Of a DNA stretch of 64,000 nt, positions 51,012 through 60,438 are shown in pieces. A program made the translations under genes and the position numbers. The notes below the pieces were generated by a model, which saw nothing but the letters and a program-made list of their open reading frames with translations, had not been told where the DNA came from and searched no databases. The DNA comes from Gemmataceae bacterium (GTDB lineage: Bacteria; Planctomycetota; Planctomycetia; Gemmatales; Gemmataceae): NCBI GenBank assembly GCA_009697105.1, contig SIAQ01000011.1, positions 1,551-65,550 of the forward strand. Reading direction: 5' to 3'. Within the stretch, counting starts at the first letter, position 1, and each line of letters begins with the position of its first letter.

Positions 51012-53741
51012 TCAATTTCCCGCGATCCGTTCTTTGGCAAAATGAGCGGCGCCGCGCAGGATCGGAATGATCGTGCCTTCGGGGATGAAGAACACCGTTT
51101 CCGGCCAGTACGAGGTATTGGCGAAGTAGCCGTGCGGCGAGAACTGTCCGCCGACGAGCAGCGTGATCGAGCGGCCTTCGTCCAGCGTCATTTCGAGGCG
51201 AACGGTGGCGTCTTTCACGCTAAGCTTGTGCTCGCCACGCGGTCCGCCGGTGGTGGCGGCGAAACGCGGCGTATGGAGCTTTGCCATCTCCTTGATGAAG
51301 CTTGCGACCTTCTCGCTATCGAGTTGGAACTCTTGCAGGTTCGATTTATCATTCCAGGTCTTGTCCTTGGCGTTCTTTTCAAAATGGAACCCACGAAGTT
51401 CAAACTGCGTGCGAACCGCGAGTTTGATCTCCTTGACCTTGTCGGCGTCGAAGGAATGAATCGTGCCTGACAGGTACGGCGACGTCAGCATCCACGCACT
51501 CATCGGGTCGCCTGCCACCGCGGCCATTAGCGACGCGATCTTCTCGGCGTGTGCGGCCAGCATGTACGTGCGGTCGCGCAGGTCGAGTTCTTTCGCGGCT
51601 TTTACTTCGCCCGTGCCGACGAGGAGCAGGTTCTTCGATTTGGAATGCCGGGCGAAAATGCCGGGCTTATCTTTTTCGTCGGTCGTTTCCTTGCCGAACT
51701 CGATCGTGACGGCTTCGCCCGTGTCGGCATACCAGTTGCCGATCAGACCCGCGGCGGCAGCGAACGCGGAGTGTTGCTGAAGGAGACCGACCAGGCTGAC
51801 GGCGCCCTTGTCCGTCGCGGGTTTCTTGAGCACGGCAGTGACCACGACTGCGGGCGTTTTCAGGCCATACTTGTCGAGGTCGTCCTTCTCTTCAAGTTTG
51901 CGAAGCCATTTCTTGACGCGCAGATCGGCAACGATGGCGGTCAGCATGCCGGCGTTCTTGGCATCCGCAAGTTTGACGCCCGATGGTTCCAGGGCATCTT
52001 TGATGAACCAGTTGTACTTCCCCTCAATCGTTTGCTCTTCCAATTCGAGAACTTCCGGGCCTTTCTCGCCCGACCGCTGTAATCGGATGGAGACGAGATC
52101 CTGCGTTTCAATCTTCGGCAACGTCAGAGCCGCATACGCCAATTCGACGCCTTCTGTGGGCAGCGTCTTTTCGACGAATTCCTTCTTCACAGTCAGCCGG
52201 CTTTCGGCACCCGTGTCAAGCTTGCGGCGAATATGGACGATTTCCTTCTCGATCTTGCCAACGGCGAGCGTGACGGCGGCTTTGGCGTCGGCCTTGAGCT
52301 TTGCCGGCGCATCGTCCTTGCCTGGTTCTTTTTTCTTTTCGTCCGTCTTCTCCACTCCGCCGAGGTAGACCGAAATCTCGGCGATCGGCGTATCCAGGCC
52401 CCACTCGGCGTCTTTTTTCTTGGCATCCGCCTCGCCGACGTCGTTGTAATCGACGATGGCCTGCCGACCGACGACTTGCTCCAACAGCTTAGTGACTGAA
52501 GGTTCGTGAGCGGTGAGCTTGGTTGTCTCGGTCGTGGTTTTCTTGTCCTTGTCAGTGCCCGTGGTAGTCACTTTGAGGATGTGCATCTGCCATTCGGCTG
52601 CGCCTTCGGGACGTAGGAAGCGAATCTCGTCCTTGCCTTGCTGCTTGACGACAACGGCATCGACGGACTTCGCATCAATGGCGGTGATGTCCTTGCTGCG
52701 AATCTTGCCCGGGTCTTTCAAGGCGGCTTCAATCGGTTCGATCCAGCGGGCGTTGATTTTCATTACGCCGTCATCGCTGGCGACCCGTGCGTAGTAATAG
52801 TCGCGCGATTTGTCTTTGACGCGCTCACCGATGAGCAGAGACTCCGTGGCGGCCTCTTTCTTTTCGACGGTGTGAATATCGACTTGCATCAGGGCCTTGC
52901 CGGTTTCGAGGCCGTAGTTCGCGTGATCGGAGCCGAGCGGGATGAAGTCGTCGTCGTCATCGACGCGCACGGTGACAATGGCGTCAAGCAGCGATTTCAC
53001 GCTGACCACGGCGGGGCCTTTGGCGTCGAATTTTTTGGGTTCGTCAGAGTCCTTGCTGAAGCCGGCGATACCGAGGTTGGGCTTGATGAACATCCAGGTA
53101 TTGCCGTCGGCACGTTTAATCGCGAGTTCTTGCTTCTCTTTCCCCTTCTTGATCGAGATGGACGAGACGCTCGAATCGACGAAGTCATACAGGCGTTTCT
53201 GGCGTAGGTAGTTGGCATTCTTGAACATCAGCTTTTCAACGCTGCTGGTTAGGACGGCGAAATTCTTGTTGTCTTTATCGGACGACGTGACGTAGGTGAA
53301 TCCCTTATCCGGGCTGGTCTTGCCGACGAAGAACTTCACTTCCTTGTCGCCGTCCTTGGATGTGCCCGATAGCGTCACGATGGTCGATGGATTGTCGAGG
53401 CCATAGAATTTTGCATCCTTGCTGACGTCGGCGGTGTCGTCAGGTTTGGCGTCGCGGACGGCGGCTACGAGCTTGTCGATTTGGTTGCCTTCGACTTTTA
53501 CCTGCTGCTTGTCCTGACGCAGGTACCAGAGATCGTTGATCTTGACGAAGACAATGTCGGCCTTGTTGTCCTTGTCGGTTCGCTTGACGACGACCTTGTC
53601 GATTTTCAGGCTGGCTTCGTGCAGACTGGGGGCGATAAAGCTCTGATCGCCGCCGGTTCGGCGTTGCGCGATCATGACGCCGAATAGCCAAAGCATGCTC
53701 AGGAGCAAACCGAAGAACAAGATCGTGATGCGAGAATTCAT
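51012..53741 (-). CDS. DUF4340-domain protein (large, 909 aa), last gene of the ABC/GldG-like operon
   Basis: N-terminal TM anchor, repetitive beta-rich Lys/Asp-rich body, and a position after a GldG-like gene. These fit the known DUF4340 association (from memory). Confidence 0.7.
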   Translation of the reverse strand: MNSRITILFFGLLLSMLWLFGVMIAQRRTGGDQSFIAPSLHEASLKIDKVVVKRTDKDNKADIVFVKINDLWYLRQDKQQVKVEGNQIDKLVAAVRDAKPDDTADVSKDAKFYGLDNPSTIVTLSGTSKDGDKEVKFFVGKTSPDKGFTYVTSSDKDNKNFAVLTSSVEKLMFKNANYLRQKRLYDFVDSSVSSISIKKGKEKQELAIKRADGNTWMFIKPNLGIAGFSKDSDEPKKFDAKGPAVVSVKSLLDAIVTVRVDDDDDFIPLGSDHANYGLETGKALMQVDIHTVEKKEAATESLLIGERVKDKSRDYYYARVASDDGVMKINARWIEPIEAALKDPGKIRSKDITAIDAKSVDAVVVKQQGKDEIRFLRPEGAAEWQMHILKVTTTGTDKDKKTTTETTKLTAHEPSVTKLLEQVVGRQAIVDYNDVGEADAKKKDAEWGLDTPIAEISVYLGGVEKTDEKKKEPGKDDAPAKLKADAKAAVTLAVGKIEKEIVHIRRKLDTGAESRLTVKKEFVEKTLPTEGVELAYAALTLPKIETQDLVSIRLQRSGEKGPEVLELEEQTIEGKYNWFIKDALEPSGVKLADAKNAGMLTAIVADLRVKKWLRKLEEKDDLDKYGLKTPAVVVTAVLKKPATDKGAVSLVGLLQQHSAFAAAAGLIGNWYADTGEAVTIEFGKETTDEKDKPGIFARHSKSKNLLLVGTGEVKAAKELDLRDRTYMLAAHAEKIASLMAAVAGDPMSAWMLTSPYLSGTIHSFDADKVKEIKLAVRTQFELRGFHFEKNAKDKTWNDKSNLQEFQLDSEKVASFIKEMAKLHTPRFAATTGGPRGEHKLSVKDATVRLEMTLDEGRSITLLVGGQFSPHGYFANTSYWPETVFFIPEGTIIPILRGAAHFAKERIAGN

Positions 53742-53784
53742 GGTCGTGTGCCTATGTTAGCGTGGGCGTCGAAATTATTCTCTT

Positions 53785-53838
53785 CCGCTTGCGGCTTAGC
53801 GCTCGAAATAGCTCACGCGAGCGCTAAGCCGCAAGCGG
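53785..53838. repeat. Family D element in an intercistronic gap
   Basis: CCGCTTGCGGCTTAGCGCTCG ... CGAGCGCTAAGCCGCAAGCGG. Confidence 0.85.
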
Positions 53839-53850
53839 AATGCCTGTTTC

Positions 53851-56412
53851 CTATCGTCTCCGAATGATCCACACGGTGATGCCGAGAAGGATGAACGCGA
53901 GGAACATGATCCAGCCGGGCAGGAAGACCATGCGGCCAAAATTGACGCCTGGCTCGAACGCGAAGCTGGTCGTCACTTTTGGCTGTGGGCCCACGAAATC
54001 TTCGCGTCCCGCCATCCACTCGATGGAACCAAGGACGAGGGCGAAGGCATTCACGCTGGAGCGGGAGACCTGGAGATCGCGGCTGGTGATCCATTCGGTG
54101 TCGCCGAACACGACGAGGGCCGGCTTTTCGCCATCGGTTACCGCGAGGCCGACGGACATCGGTTCATGCGGTGCTTTGGAGCGTAAGAGTAGGGGGTCGC
54201 GGGTCATCGGGATCACGTGCGAAACAGGATCCTTGAAGTAGACAGGATTCGTTTCGGCGATGAATGGCGACCCCTCGAGATGGAACACCTGCAAGATCGG
54301 CTCGGCCTTGTAGCGCTGGTGCGTTGATACCTTGAGCCCGCGGGCCGACTTTCGCAGCAGGAACTGCTTTTGCGTAAATTGCCGAGCCAAGATATTGGCC
54401 GATTTGGCAGGCGTTAGCGCGATGAGCATGGTTGGATCGCCGCCGAACGGTGGGGCCGCGACGCGCAGGGCGTATTCATCGGTGACTTCGACGCCGAAGC
54501 GTTTGAGCATCGGTTCCAGGCCGGTGTTGCGCAGCTTGGAGTAATCGTCTTCGGCGATTACGTCGAGGAAGGCCAGGACTTTGCCGCCGTTGCTTAGGTA
54601 GTCATCGATAGCATTGATGGTCTCCGCGGAGAGCGAGCGCGAGACGCCGGCGACGATCAGCGTTTTGCAATCGGTGGGGATACTGCGCTTCTGTTCGCCC
54701 TTTTTGGTTGTGGCTTGAATTACAGGGGTAATCTGTTTTTCTTCCTTCGCTAGCGGATCAAACGTGAGACCGACGACATCGAAGTTTTCGTTTTTCAGTT
54801 TTTCGACAAGGATGCCAAGCCCGGTGCCCTGGAAGCCGTGGCGGATTTCCATGCGTGACGCGTTTTCATCGTTGTTGATGTCGGGTTCCTCGTTGCCTTG
54901 AAGGACGTAAATCTTGTGCTTGACGCGATCCTGCGAGAGGAATTTGACTTCCTTGAGGATTTCCACTTCGCCGAGATACTGACTTGACGCCTTGCCTCCC
55001 GGCCCCTGCGGACGTTCTTGCTTGATCAGGCGGCGATCACGGATGAAGGTGTAGGGGACTTTGTGCCCTTCGTCAGTGGGCATGGGGCCATAAACCACGA
55101 GCACGCCGCGGCCGATGTCGCCCGCGCCGGGTTCGGGCTGTATCTGCGGAAAAATACGGATGAGTTTGTCGAAATCGACATGTTCCGTGTCGGGCGATAT
55201 GTAGTTCACTTTGAATTTGTTGTTGAGGGCTTTGCAATTGTCCAACAAAATCTTGGTGTCTTTGTGGGCCGGATGGGTCTGGGCCATCAAGACAAGGAGG
55301 TTGATTTCTTTTTTCAAGCCTTTGACGAGGTTTTGGCCGCTCTCGCTCAGTGCATAGGCGCCGCGTGTTTTCGTCCAATCGTAGGTGAACGGATATTTCT
55401 TGGCGACGATGAAATTGAGGACAATGAGAATTCCGAGCAGCAGCAGGCCCTGAAGGATTGCGTTGTAGCCATACATCGCTCGGCGAAGTCCGGCGTTATG
55501 GCGTACGTCGGTTTTGGCGAGGTTTAGGCTGACCATCATCGTGACCAGGCCGGCGATCATTGTGTAGGCGCACAGCCAAAGGCGCCAGTTGTTTTCGCCA
55601 TGCCAGGCGGTTTCTCCGCCAGCGACGTCATCACGCCAGAGATACGCCAAGCCTGCTGATAGGACGAACAGATTCAATCCCGTCAGTCCGCCGAAGATCA
55701 GCACGAAGAACCGCACGCTCGATTCATCGTGGGTGTCGGCATTCAATCGAAAGAATCCCGTGCCCGCCGTGATGCTGAGAAACAGGAGCGCCAGGAGTTG
55801 CGGCGTGTAGTTGAGGAAGCGATTCGCGTCGCGATTGCTGATGATGACGTAGACGAAGACGCCCATCGACACGACCATCAGCACGATCATCGCCATTTTG
55901 AGCAGTGGGGCTTTGTCGATCAAGAAAGCGATGGGCGAGGCCGATTCGTCGGCAGGCTGCTGCAGCGTCCAGCCGTAAAACAGGCCGGTGATGCCGAAGA
56001 GCAAGAGGCCCGCGCTTTCGCCGAAGTTGTCGAGCATGAAGCCATAGGAACCGCCGACCTTTTTGCCGACGCCGAGAACAAAGGCGAGCACAATCAGTGC
56101 GAAACCGCCGCCGAGCAGGACGAGGCTCAGCAGTCGGCGTTGTGAGGCGAGCGTTTCGGCTTTCTGATCGGGCGTGTCTTGGCGCAGCCACAGGACAAAC
56201 GCCTGCCAACCCGCAAGGCCCAGCACGGCGAGGCCGGCGATCAGGAAGAGATTCGCCAAGATCGGCGATCGGCCGAGGTGCTTGATCTGAATCCAGTAGC
56301 GAAACACGATCAGCATCACGCCCGCCCAGGCCAGGCCTGCGACGAGGGTCTGCGCGGAATCGCGAAGTCGAGCGAGAACACTGCTGGATGGGGTCGGGGC
56401 TACGGTTGCCAT
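53851..56412 (-). CDS. GldG-like ABC-transporter auxiliary protein with a long N-terminal polytopic extension
   Basis: About 330 aa of TM helices, then a GldG-type domain (LVKGLKKEINLLVLMAQ..., VAGVSRSL), then a C-terminal TM anchor ending IIRRR. Confidence 0.7.
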   Translation of the reverse strand: MATVAPTPSSSVLARLRDSAQTLVAGLAWAGVMLIVFRYWIQIKHLGRSPILANLFLIAGLAVLGLAGWQAFVLWLRQDTPDQKAETLASQRRLLSLVLLGGGFALIVLAFVLGVGKKVGGSYGFMLDNFGESAGLLLFGITGLFYGWTLQQPADESASPIAFLIDKAPLLKMAMIVLMVVSMGVFVYVIISNRDANRFLNYTPQLLALLFLSITAGTGFFRLNADTHDESSVRFFVLIFGGLTGLNLFVLSAGLAYLWRDDVAGGETAWHGENNWRLWLCAYTMIAGLVTMMVSLNLAKTDVRHNAGLRRAMYGYNAILQGLLLLGILIVLNFIVAKKYPFTYDWTKTRGAYALSESGQNLVKGLKKEINLLVLMAQTHPAHKDTKILLDNCKALNNKFKVNYISPDTEHVDFDKLIRIFPQIQPEPGAGDIGRGVLVVYGPMPTDEGHKVPYTFIRDRRLIKQERPQGPGGKASSQYLGEVEILKEVKFLSQDRVKHKIYVLQGNEEPDINNDENASRMEIRHGFQGTGLGILVEKLKNENFDVVGLTFDPLAKEEKQITPVIQATTKKGEQKRSIPTDCKTLIVAGVSRSLSAETINAIDDYLSNGGKVLAFLDVIAEDDYSKLRNTGLEPMLKRFGVEVTDEYALRVAAPPFGGDPTMLIALTPAKSANILARQFTQKQFLLRKSARGLKVSTHQRYKAEPILQVFHLEGSPFIAETNPVYFKDPVSHVIPMTRDPLLLRSKAPHEPMSVGLAVTDGEKPALVVFGDTEWITSRDLQVSRSSVNAFALVLGSIEWMAGREDFVGPQPKVTTSFAFEPGVNFGRMVFLPGWIMFLAFILLGITVWIIRRR

Positions 56413-56434
56413 GAATTCACCTGCGTCTGTATCA

Positions 56435-56495
56435 TTTTAGCCCACCATTTATGGCGGGTTGGTAGTCAAGCCCGCCATAAATGGCGGGCTATTTT
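56435..56495. repeat. Family A palindrome in an intercistronic gap
   Basis: TTTTAGCCCACCATTTATGGCGGG ... CCCGCCATAAATGGCGGGCTATTTT. Confidence 0.85.
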
Positions 56496-56501
56496 GGGTA
56501 A

Positions 56502-58088
56502 TTACTTCCACTTCCGTGATTCGAGCACCTTCACGGTGGCGAACAAAAAGAAGATCGCCACCGAAACGTGAAAGATGAGATGCCGGGGCGAGACAAGGCC
56601 GCCCAGCGAGGTGTTCCAGAGGTCGTAGAAGTTGACGAAGGAGATCACCTCGTGGATGACGCCGCCTTGCCGAATCAGCGCGTCTTCATGTTTCAGGAAG
56701 TACAGCACGAGATGCACGAGCACGCCGACAAACGCCAGCACCGCAGCCACGATCTGGTTGCTGGTTAGGGCAGAGAAGAACAACCCCGTGGCGATCAGGC
56801 CGGCGCTGATGACCGCCAGGGCGACATTGAAGCTCAGCGCGGGATAGTAATCAAACTCCTGGCCGCCGAAGTAACGCAAGCTGACGAGGAACAGCCACCA
56901 CGGAACCCAGGTGAGCATGTAGAAAATCCAGCAAGCGAAGAATTTCGCCACGACGACGGAAACCTCGTTCACTGGCGCGGTGAGCAGCACCTCGATCGTC
57001 GCCGTGCGTTTTTCTTCGCTGAAGAGCCGCATCGTGAGGACCGGCACGACAAAGAGTTGGACAATGACCGGGAAGAGGCCAAAGATGTAGATGCCGACGA
57101 TCGGTTCGGGAATTCCGCCGCGCTGCCCAAAGGATTCGATCTGGCCGACGAAGTTCAAGAAGATGAACCAGCCGATCAGCAATGTGCCGATGAAGACCAG
57201 ATACGCGATTGGCGAGTAGAAGTAGGCGGCGAGATCACGGCGAGTGAGGATGACGATCGGCCAATCGCACCAGGTGCCGAGCGAGAAGAAGATATAGACA
57301 AGCGAGAAGCCTATGAGGACCAATCCGCCGGGGATCAGGAAGGTATCGTTGAGCAGGGACTGAACGATCCCGATGCCGAGTCCGAGCAAGCCGACCAGTC
57401 CGAGGGCGATGCCGGCGTAATGCCCGCGATCGCTGGAGGTTTCTTGCATGCTGATGTAGATACAGGCGAAGAGCAAGCCGAGAATCAGGAGAATGGCGCC
57501 TTCGCCGGTGAGAAAGTTGGTGTCGCGCCGGAGGGCGAAATAGAAGCAGAAGCCGATGATCGCCACGCCGATGCCGCCGGCCAAATTGAGCAACAGATCG
57601 CGGACATTACGTTCGGTCTCGCTTCGTATCACCGCAGTGAGGACGATAGCGCCGATGAACAAGCTCGGCAACCCGCCGATCATGAACCAGGTCAGGTCGG
57701 CGGCGGCGCGAAATGCCAGCACGCGCAGGATGACTCCCGTCAGGATCAAGGCCAAGCCGGCGAAGGCGTACAACCGCCGAAATTGCACATCCTGCTCGCA
57801 ATAAACGTGGTACAGGATTAGACACAATCCTATCGTCGCAAAAAAGAAACCCCAGGCCGGCGAGATGAGCGATGTACGCGGCGGACCGCCTTCGACCTGC
57901 TTCATCCAGGTGGGCGCGAGCAAGGCGAGCGACCCGAGCACCAGCAGGAAGAGGCCCATCATCGCCAGGATACGGGCGACGGTGGGGCGTTCGTCGCGCT
58001 CAAATGACGGCGCACGTTCGGGGACCGACTCCCATGCCGGTGGCGGGAAGTCGCCCGATTTCGGGTCGATCGATTCTGAGTTGGCCAT
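56502..58088 (-). CDS. ABC-2 (GldF-like) permease with an N-terminal polytopic extension
   Basis: The C-terminal half has FSEEKRTATIEVLLTAPV, typical of the GldF/ABC-2 family. The N-terminal ~270 aa adds extra TM helices. Confidence 0.7.
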   Translation of the reverse strand: MANSESIDPKSGDFPPPAWESVPERAPSFERDERPTVARILAMMGLFLLVLGSLALLAPTWMKQVEGGPPRTSLISPAWGFFFATIGLCLILYHVYCEQDVQFRRLYAFAGLALILTGVILRVLAFRAAADLTWFMIGGLPSLFIGAIVLTAVIRSETERNVRDLLLNLAGGIGVAIIGFCFYFALRRDTNFLTGEGAILLILGLLFACIYISMQETSSDRGHYAGIALGLVGLLGLGIGIVQSLLNDTFLIPGGLVLIGFSLVYIFFSLGTWCDWPIVILTRRDLAAYFYSPIAYLVFIGTLLIGWFIFLNFVGQIESFGQRGGIPEPIVGIYIFGLFPVIVQLFVVPVLTMRLFSEEKRTATIEVLLTAPVNEVSVVVAKFFACWIFYMLTWVPWWLFLVSLRYFGGQEFDYYPALSFNVALAVISAGLIATGLFFSALTSNQIVAAVLAFVGVLVHLVLYFLKHEDALIRQGGVIHEVISFVNFYDLWNTSLGGLVSPRHLIFHVSVAIFFLFATVKVLESRKWK

Positions 58089-58100
58089 GCGTTCCTCTTG

Positions 58101-58162
58101 CTTCGGTTTCTGCTAGGCGTGTAGCGCTCGCGGTTTTTTTTCGAGCGATAAGCCGCAAGCGG
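58101..58162. repeat. Degenerate family D element in an intercistronic gap
   Basis: Right arm CGAGCGATAAGCCGCAAGCGG is intact and the left arm is decayed. Core hairpin GCGCTCG-T-run-CGAGCG. Confidence 0.5.
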
Positions 58163-58171
58163 AAATACGAA

Positions 58172-59188
58172 TTATTTTTTCGTGATCGCTTCGCTGGTCG
58201 CTGATTCGCTCGGAGCGTGGGCCGGCGGATTGGCCGGTTTGATCGCCGCTTTGCTCGCATTCACCGGGACCAGCGGCTCAGTCATGTTGATGACTTCAAA
58301 GAAGGCTTCTTCCAGCCGACGGCTCTGTTCCAATCGCCGCAGCGACCAATGGTGAGTCGTCAGCGCCTTGCTGATTTCTTCACGCAAGTCGCTGTTGTTC
58401 TGCGTGCGAACGTCGAAGATGCCCAGGCCGTCGGGCAGGGCGTTTGCTTGCACATTCGTTACGCCGTTGATGCCCATCAGCACCTTGGCGATGGCGTCGC
58501 GCGGGCCACGGGCTTCGATCTTGATTGTGCTTGGGATATTCTCCATTCGCTGGTTCAAACTGACACGTCCATTCTTGATGATGATGATGCGCTCGCAAAT
58601 CTGTTCGACTTCGCCCAAAATGTGTGTCGACAGCAGAATCGTATGGTTTTCGCCTAGCTCTTTGAGCAACAATAGGGTCTCGCGAATCTGGGCCGGATCA
58701 AGGCCCGAGGTTGGCTCATCGAGTATGAGGATCGGCGGATTGTGCACCATCGCGTCCGCCAAGCCAACGCGCTGGCGATAGCCCTTGGACAGCGTGTGGA
58801 GCAAACGCCTTCGCACCGTCAGCAGCCGGCAGCGTTCCAGGCAGTATTCCACGCGGCGAATGCGTTCCTTGCGCGGCATCCCCTTTAGTTTGGCGCGGAA
58901 TGCGATGTATTCCTCGACGCGCATTTCGGGGTAAAGCGGCACGCTTTCGGGCAGGTAGCCGATGCTTCGCCTTACATCGTCCGCTTCGAGCATGACATCA
59001 TAGCCAGCGACTTTGGCGATGCCGCTGGTCGCGGGCATGTAGCTGGTGAGGATGCGCATGGTCGTGGTTTTGCCCGCGCCGTTTTGGCCGAGGAAACCGA
59101 CGACTTCGCCCTTTTCGACCTCAAATGTCACGCGATCAATCGCCATGACCGGGCCGAAAAATTTGGTCAGGTTTTCTACCGCAATCAT
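58172..59188 (-). CDS. ABC transporter ATP-binding protein (GldA-like) with a C-terminal extension
   Basis: Walker A GQNGAGKTT, signature LSKGYRQR, Walker B ILILDEPTSGLD. Confidence 0.9.
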   Translation of the reverse strand: MIAVENLTKFFGPVMAIDRVTFEVEKGEVVGFLGQNGAGKTTTMRILTSYMPATSGIAKVAGYDVMLEADDVRRSIGYLPESVPLYPEMRVEEYIAFRAKLKGMPRKERIRRVEYCLERCRLLTVRRRLLHTLSKGYRQRVGLADAMVHNPPILILDEPTSGLDPAQIRETLLLLKELGENHTILLSTHILGEVEQICERIIIIKNGRVSLNQRMENIPSTIKIEARGPRDAIAKVLMGINGVTNVQANALPDGLGIFDVRTQNNSDLREEISKALTTHHWSLRRLEQSRRLEEAFFEVINMTEPLVPVNASKAAIKPANPPAHAPSESATSEAITKK

Positions 59189-59342
59189 GTTCGGTCCTGG
59201 TTTGCGTAAAGCGTACCGTGCCTATCTGGTTCAATAGGGAAAATACTAAGTTAAGGGAAGCAGGGGCGGATTTCAAGAGGGCGTTTTTTGCGAAAAAAGC
59301 AAGACCATCGCCGGCTTTTGCTTGTACAATCGCCTCATGCTT

Positions 59343-59530
59343 GACGCCACCGACAAAAGTCTGATCTCCGGGTTCCCAAACTCCTGTTTGGGAACCCCGT
59401 CCTGGAAACTCCGTTTCGCGAAGGTTGGACTTACCTGGATTCAGTGAAGCGAAACAGAGTTTCCTTCAATGCACGTTCCCAAACAGGAGTTTGGGAACGA
59501 GAATCCCTGCGGACTTTTGTCGGTGGCGTC
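59343..59530. repeat. Family I element enclosed by an extra outer inverted repeat (GACGCCACCGACAAAAGTC / GACTTTTGTCGGTGGCGTC)
   Basis: Same three hairpins as 45192-45322, plus an outer 19-nt arm pair. A related half arm lies at about 27085. Confidence 0.85.
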
Positions 59531-59556
59531 AAATATTAGCACTACGAATCCCTCTC

Positions 59557-60282
59557 ATGAGAAGGACGAAGACAATGTACCGATGGTTTGCACTGGCCGG
59601 CTTCGCACTGACTGCCGCCGCCTTCACCTGTGCCACGCACGCCGGCGAAAAGACCGCCAAAGACAACACGCCACCAGCAGGTTTCGCCGCGCTGTTCAAC
59701 GGCAAAGACCTCACCAACTGGCAGGGCCTGGTCGAGATCAATAAACGCAAGAAAATGTCGAAAGAGCAGTACGCCGACGCCCTCAAGAAGGCCAACGAAA
59801 AATACCTCCCGCACTGGAAGGTCGTCGATGGCGTCCTCGCCTACGACGGCAAGGGCCAAAGCCTGCAAACCGTCAAAGACTATGCCAACTTCGAACTGTA
59901 TGTCGACTGGAAGATCGAATCGTCCGGCGATAGCGGCATCTACCTCCGCGGTAATCCCCAGGTCCAAATCTGGGACATCAAGGGCAAAAACAACAAAGCC
60001 GGCATCGGCTCCGGTGGCCTCTACAACAATCAGAAAAAAGGCGCCAACAACCCCATCGCCGTCGGCGACAATCCGGCGGGACAATGGAATACCTTCCATA
60101 TCCACATGGTCGGCGACATCGTCACCATCAAACTCAACGGCAAACTCGTCGTCAACAAGATCGCCCTGGAAAACTACTGGGAACGTGGCCAACCGCTACC
60201 CACCCGTGGCCCAATCGAACTGCAACACCACGGCGATCACCTGTGGTTCAAGAACATCTATGTCAAAGAACTGCCGGACTAA
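59557..60282 (+). CDS. DUF1080-domain (3-keto-disaccharide hydrolase-like) secreted protein
   Basis: Signal peptide, FNGKDLTNWQG, W.V.DGVL, SGIYLRG, WNTF.I, and the HGD.LWFKNIYVKEL ending. The start may be 59557 or 59575. Confidence 0.85.
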   Translation: MRRTKTMYRWFALAGFALTAAAFTCATHAGEKTAKDNTPPAGFAALFNGKDLTNWQGLVEINKRKKMSKEQYADALKKANEKYLPHWKVVDGVLAYDGKGQSLQTVKDYANFELYVDWKIESSGDSGIYLRGNPQVQIWDIKGKNNKAGIGSGGLYNNQKKGANNPIAVGDNPAGQWNTFHIHMVGDIVTIKLNGKLVVNKIALENYWERGQPLPTRGPIELQHHGDHLWFKNIYVKELPD

Positions 60283-60291
60283 CCACCTCTC

Positions 60292-60355
60292 GTTTAACCG
60301 CGACGCGCAGCGGAGCGAGGAAGCGTTCTCGCTCCGTTACGTGTCGTGGCTAAAC
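60292..60355. repeat. Family E element
   Basis: GTTTAACCGCGACGCGCAGCGGAGCGAG ... CTCGCTCCGTTACGTGTCGTGGCTAAAC. Confidence 0.8.
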
Positions 60356-60438
60356 CGGCTTGGGGTTGAGCGATCTGGACCCTCAGTGTAGAATCCACAC
60401 CAATTCGAAATCATTGATTCACGGAAGGAGCCGGTTTC

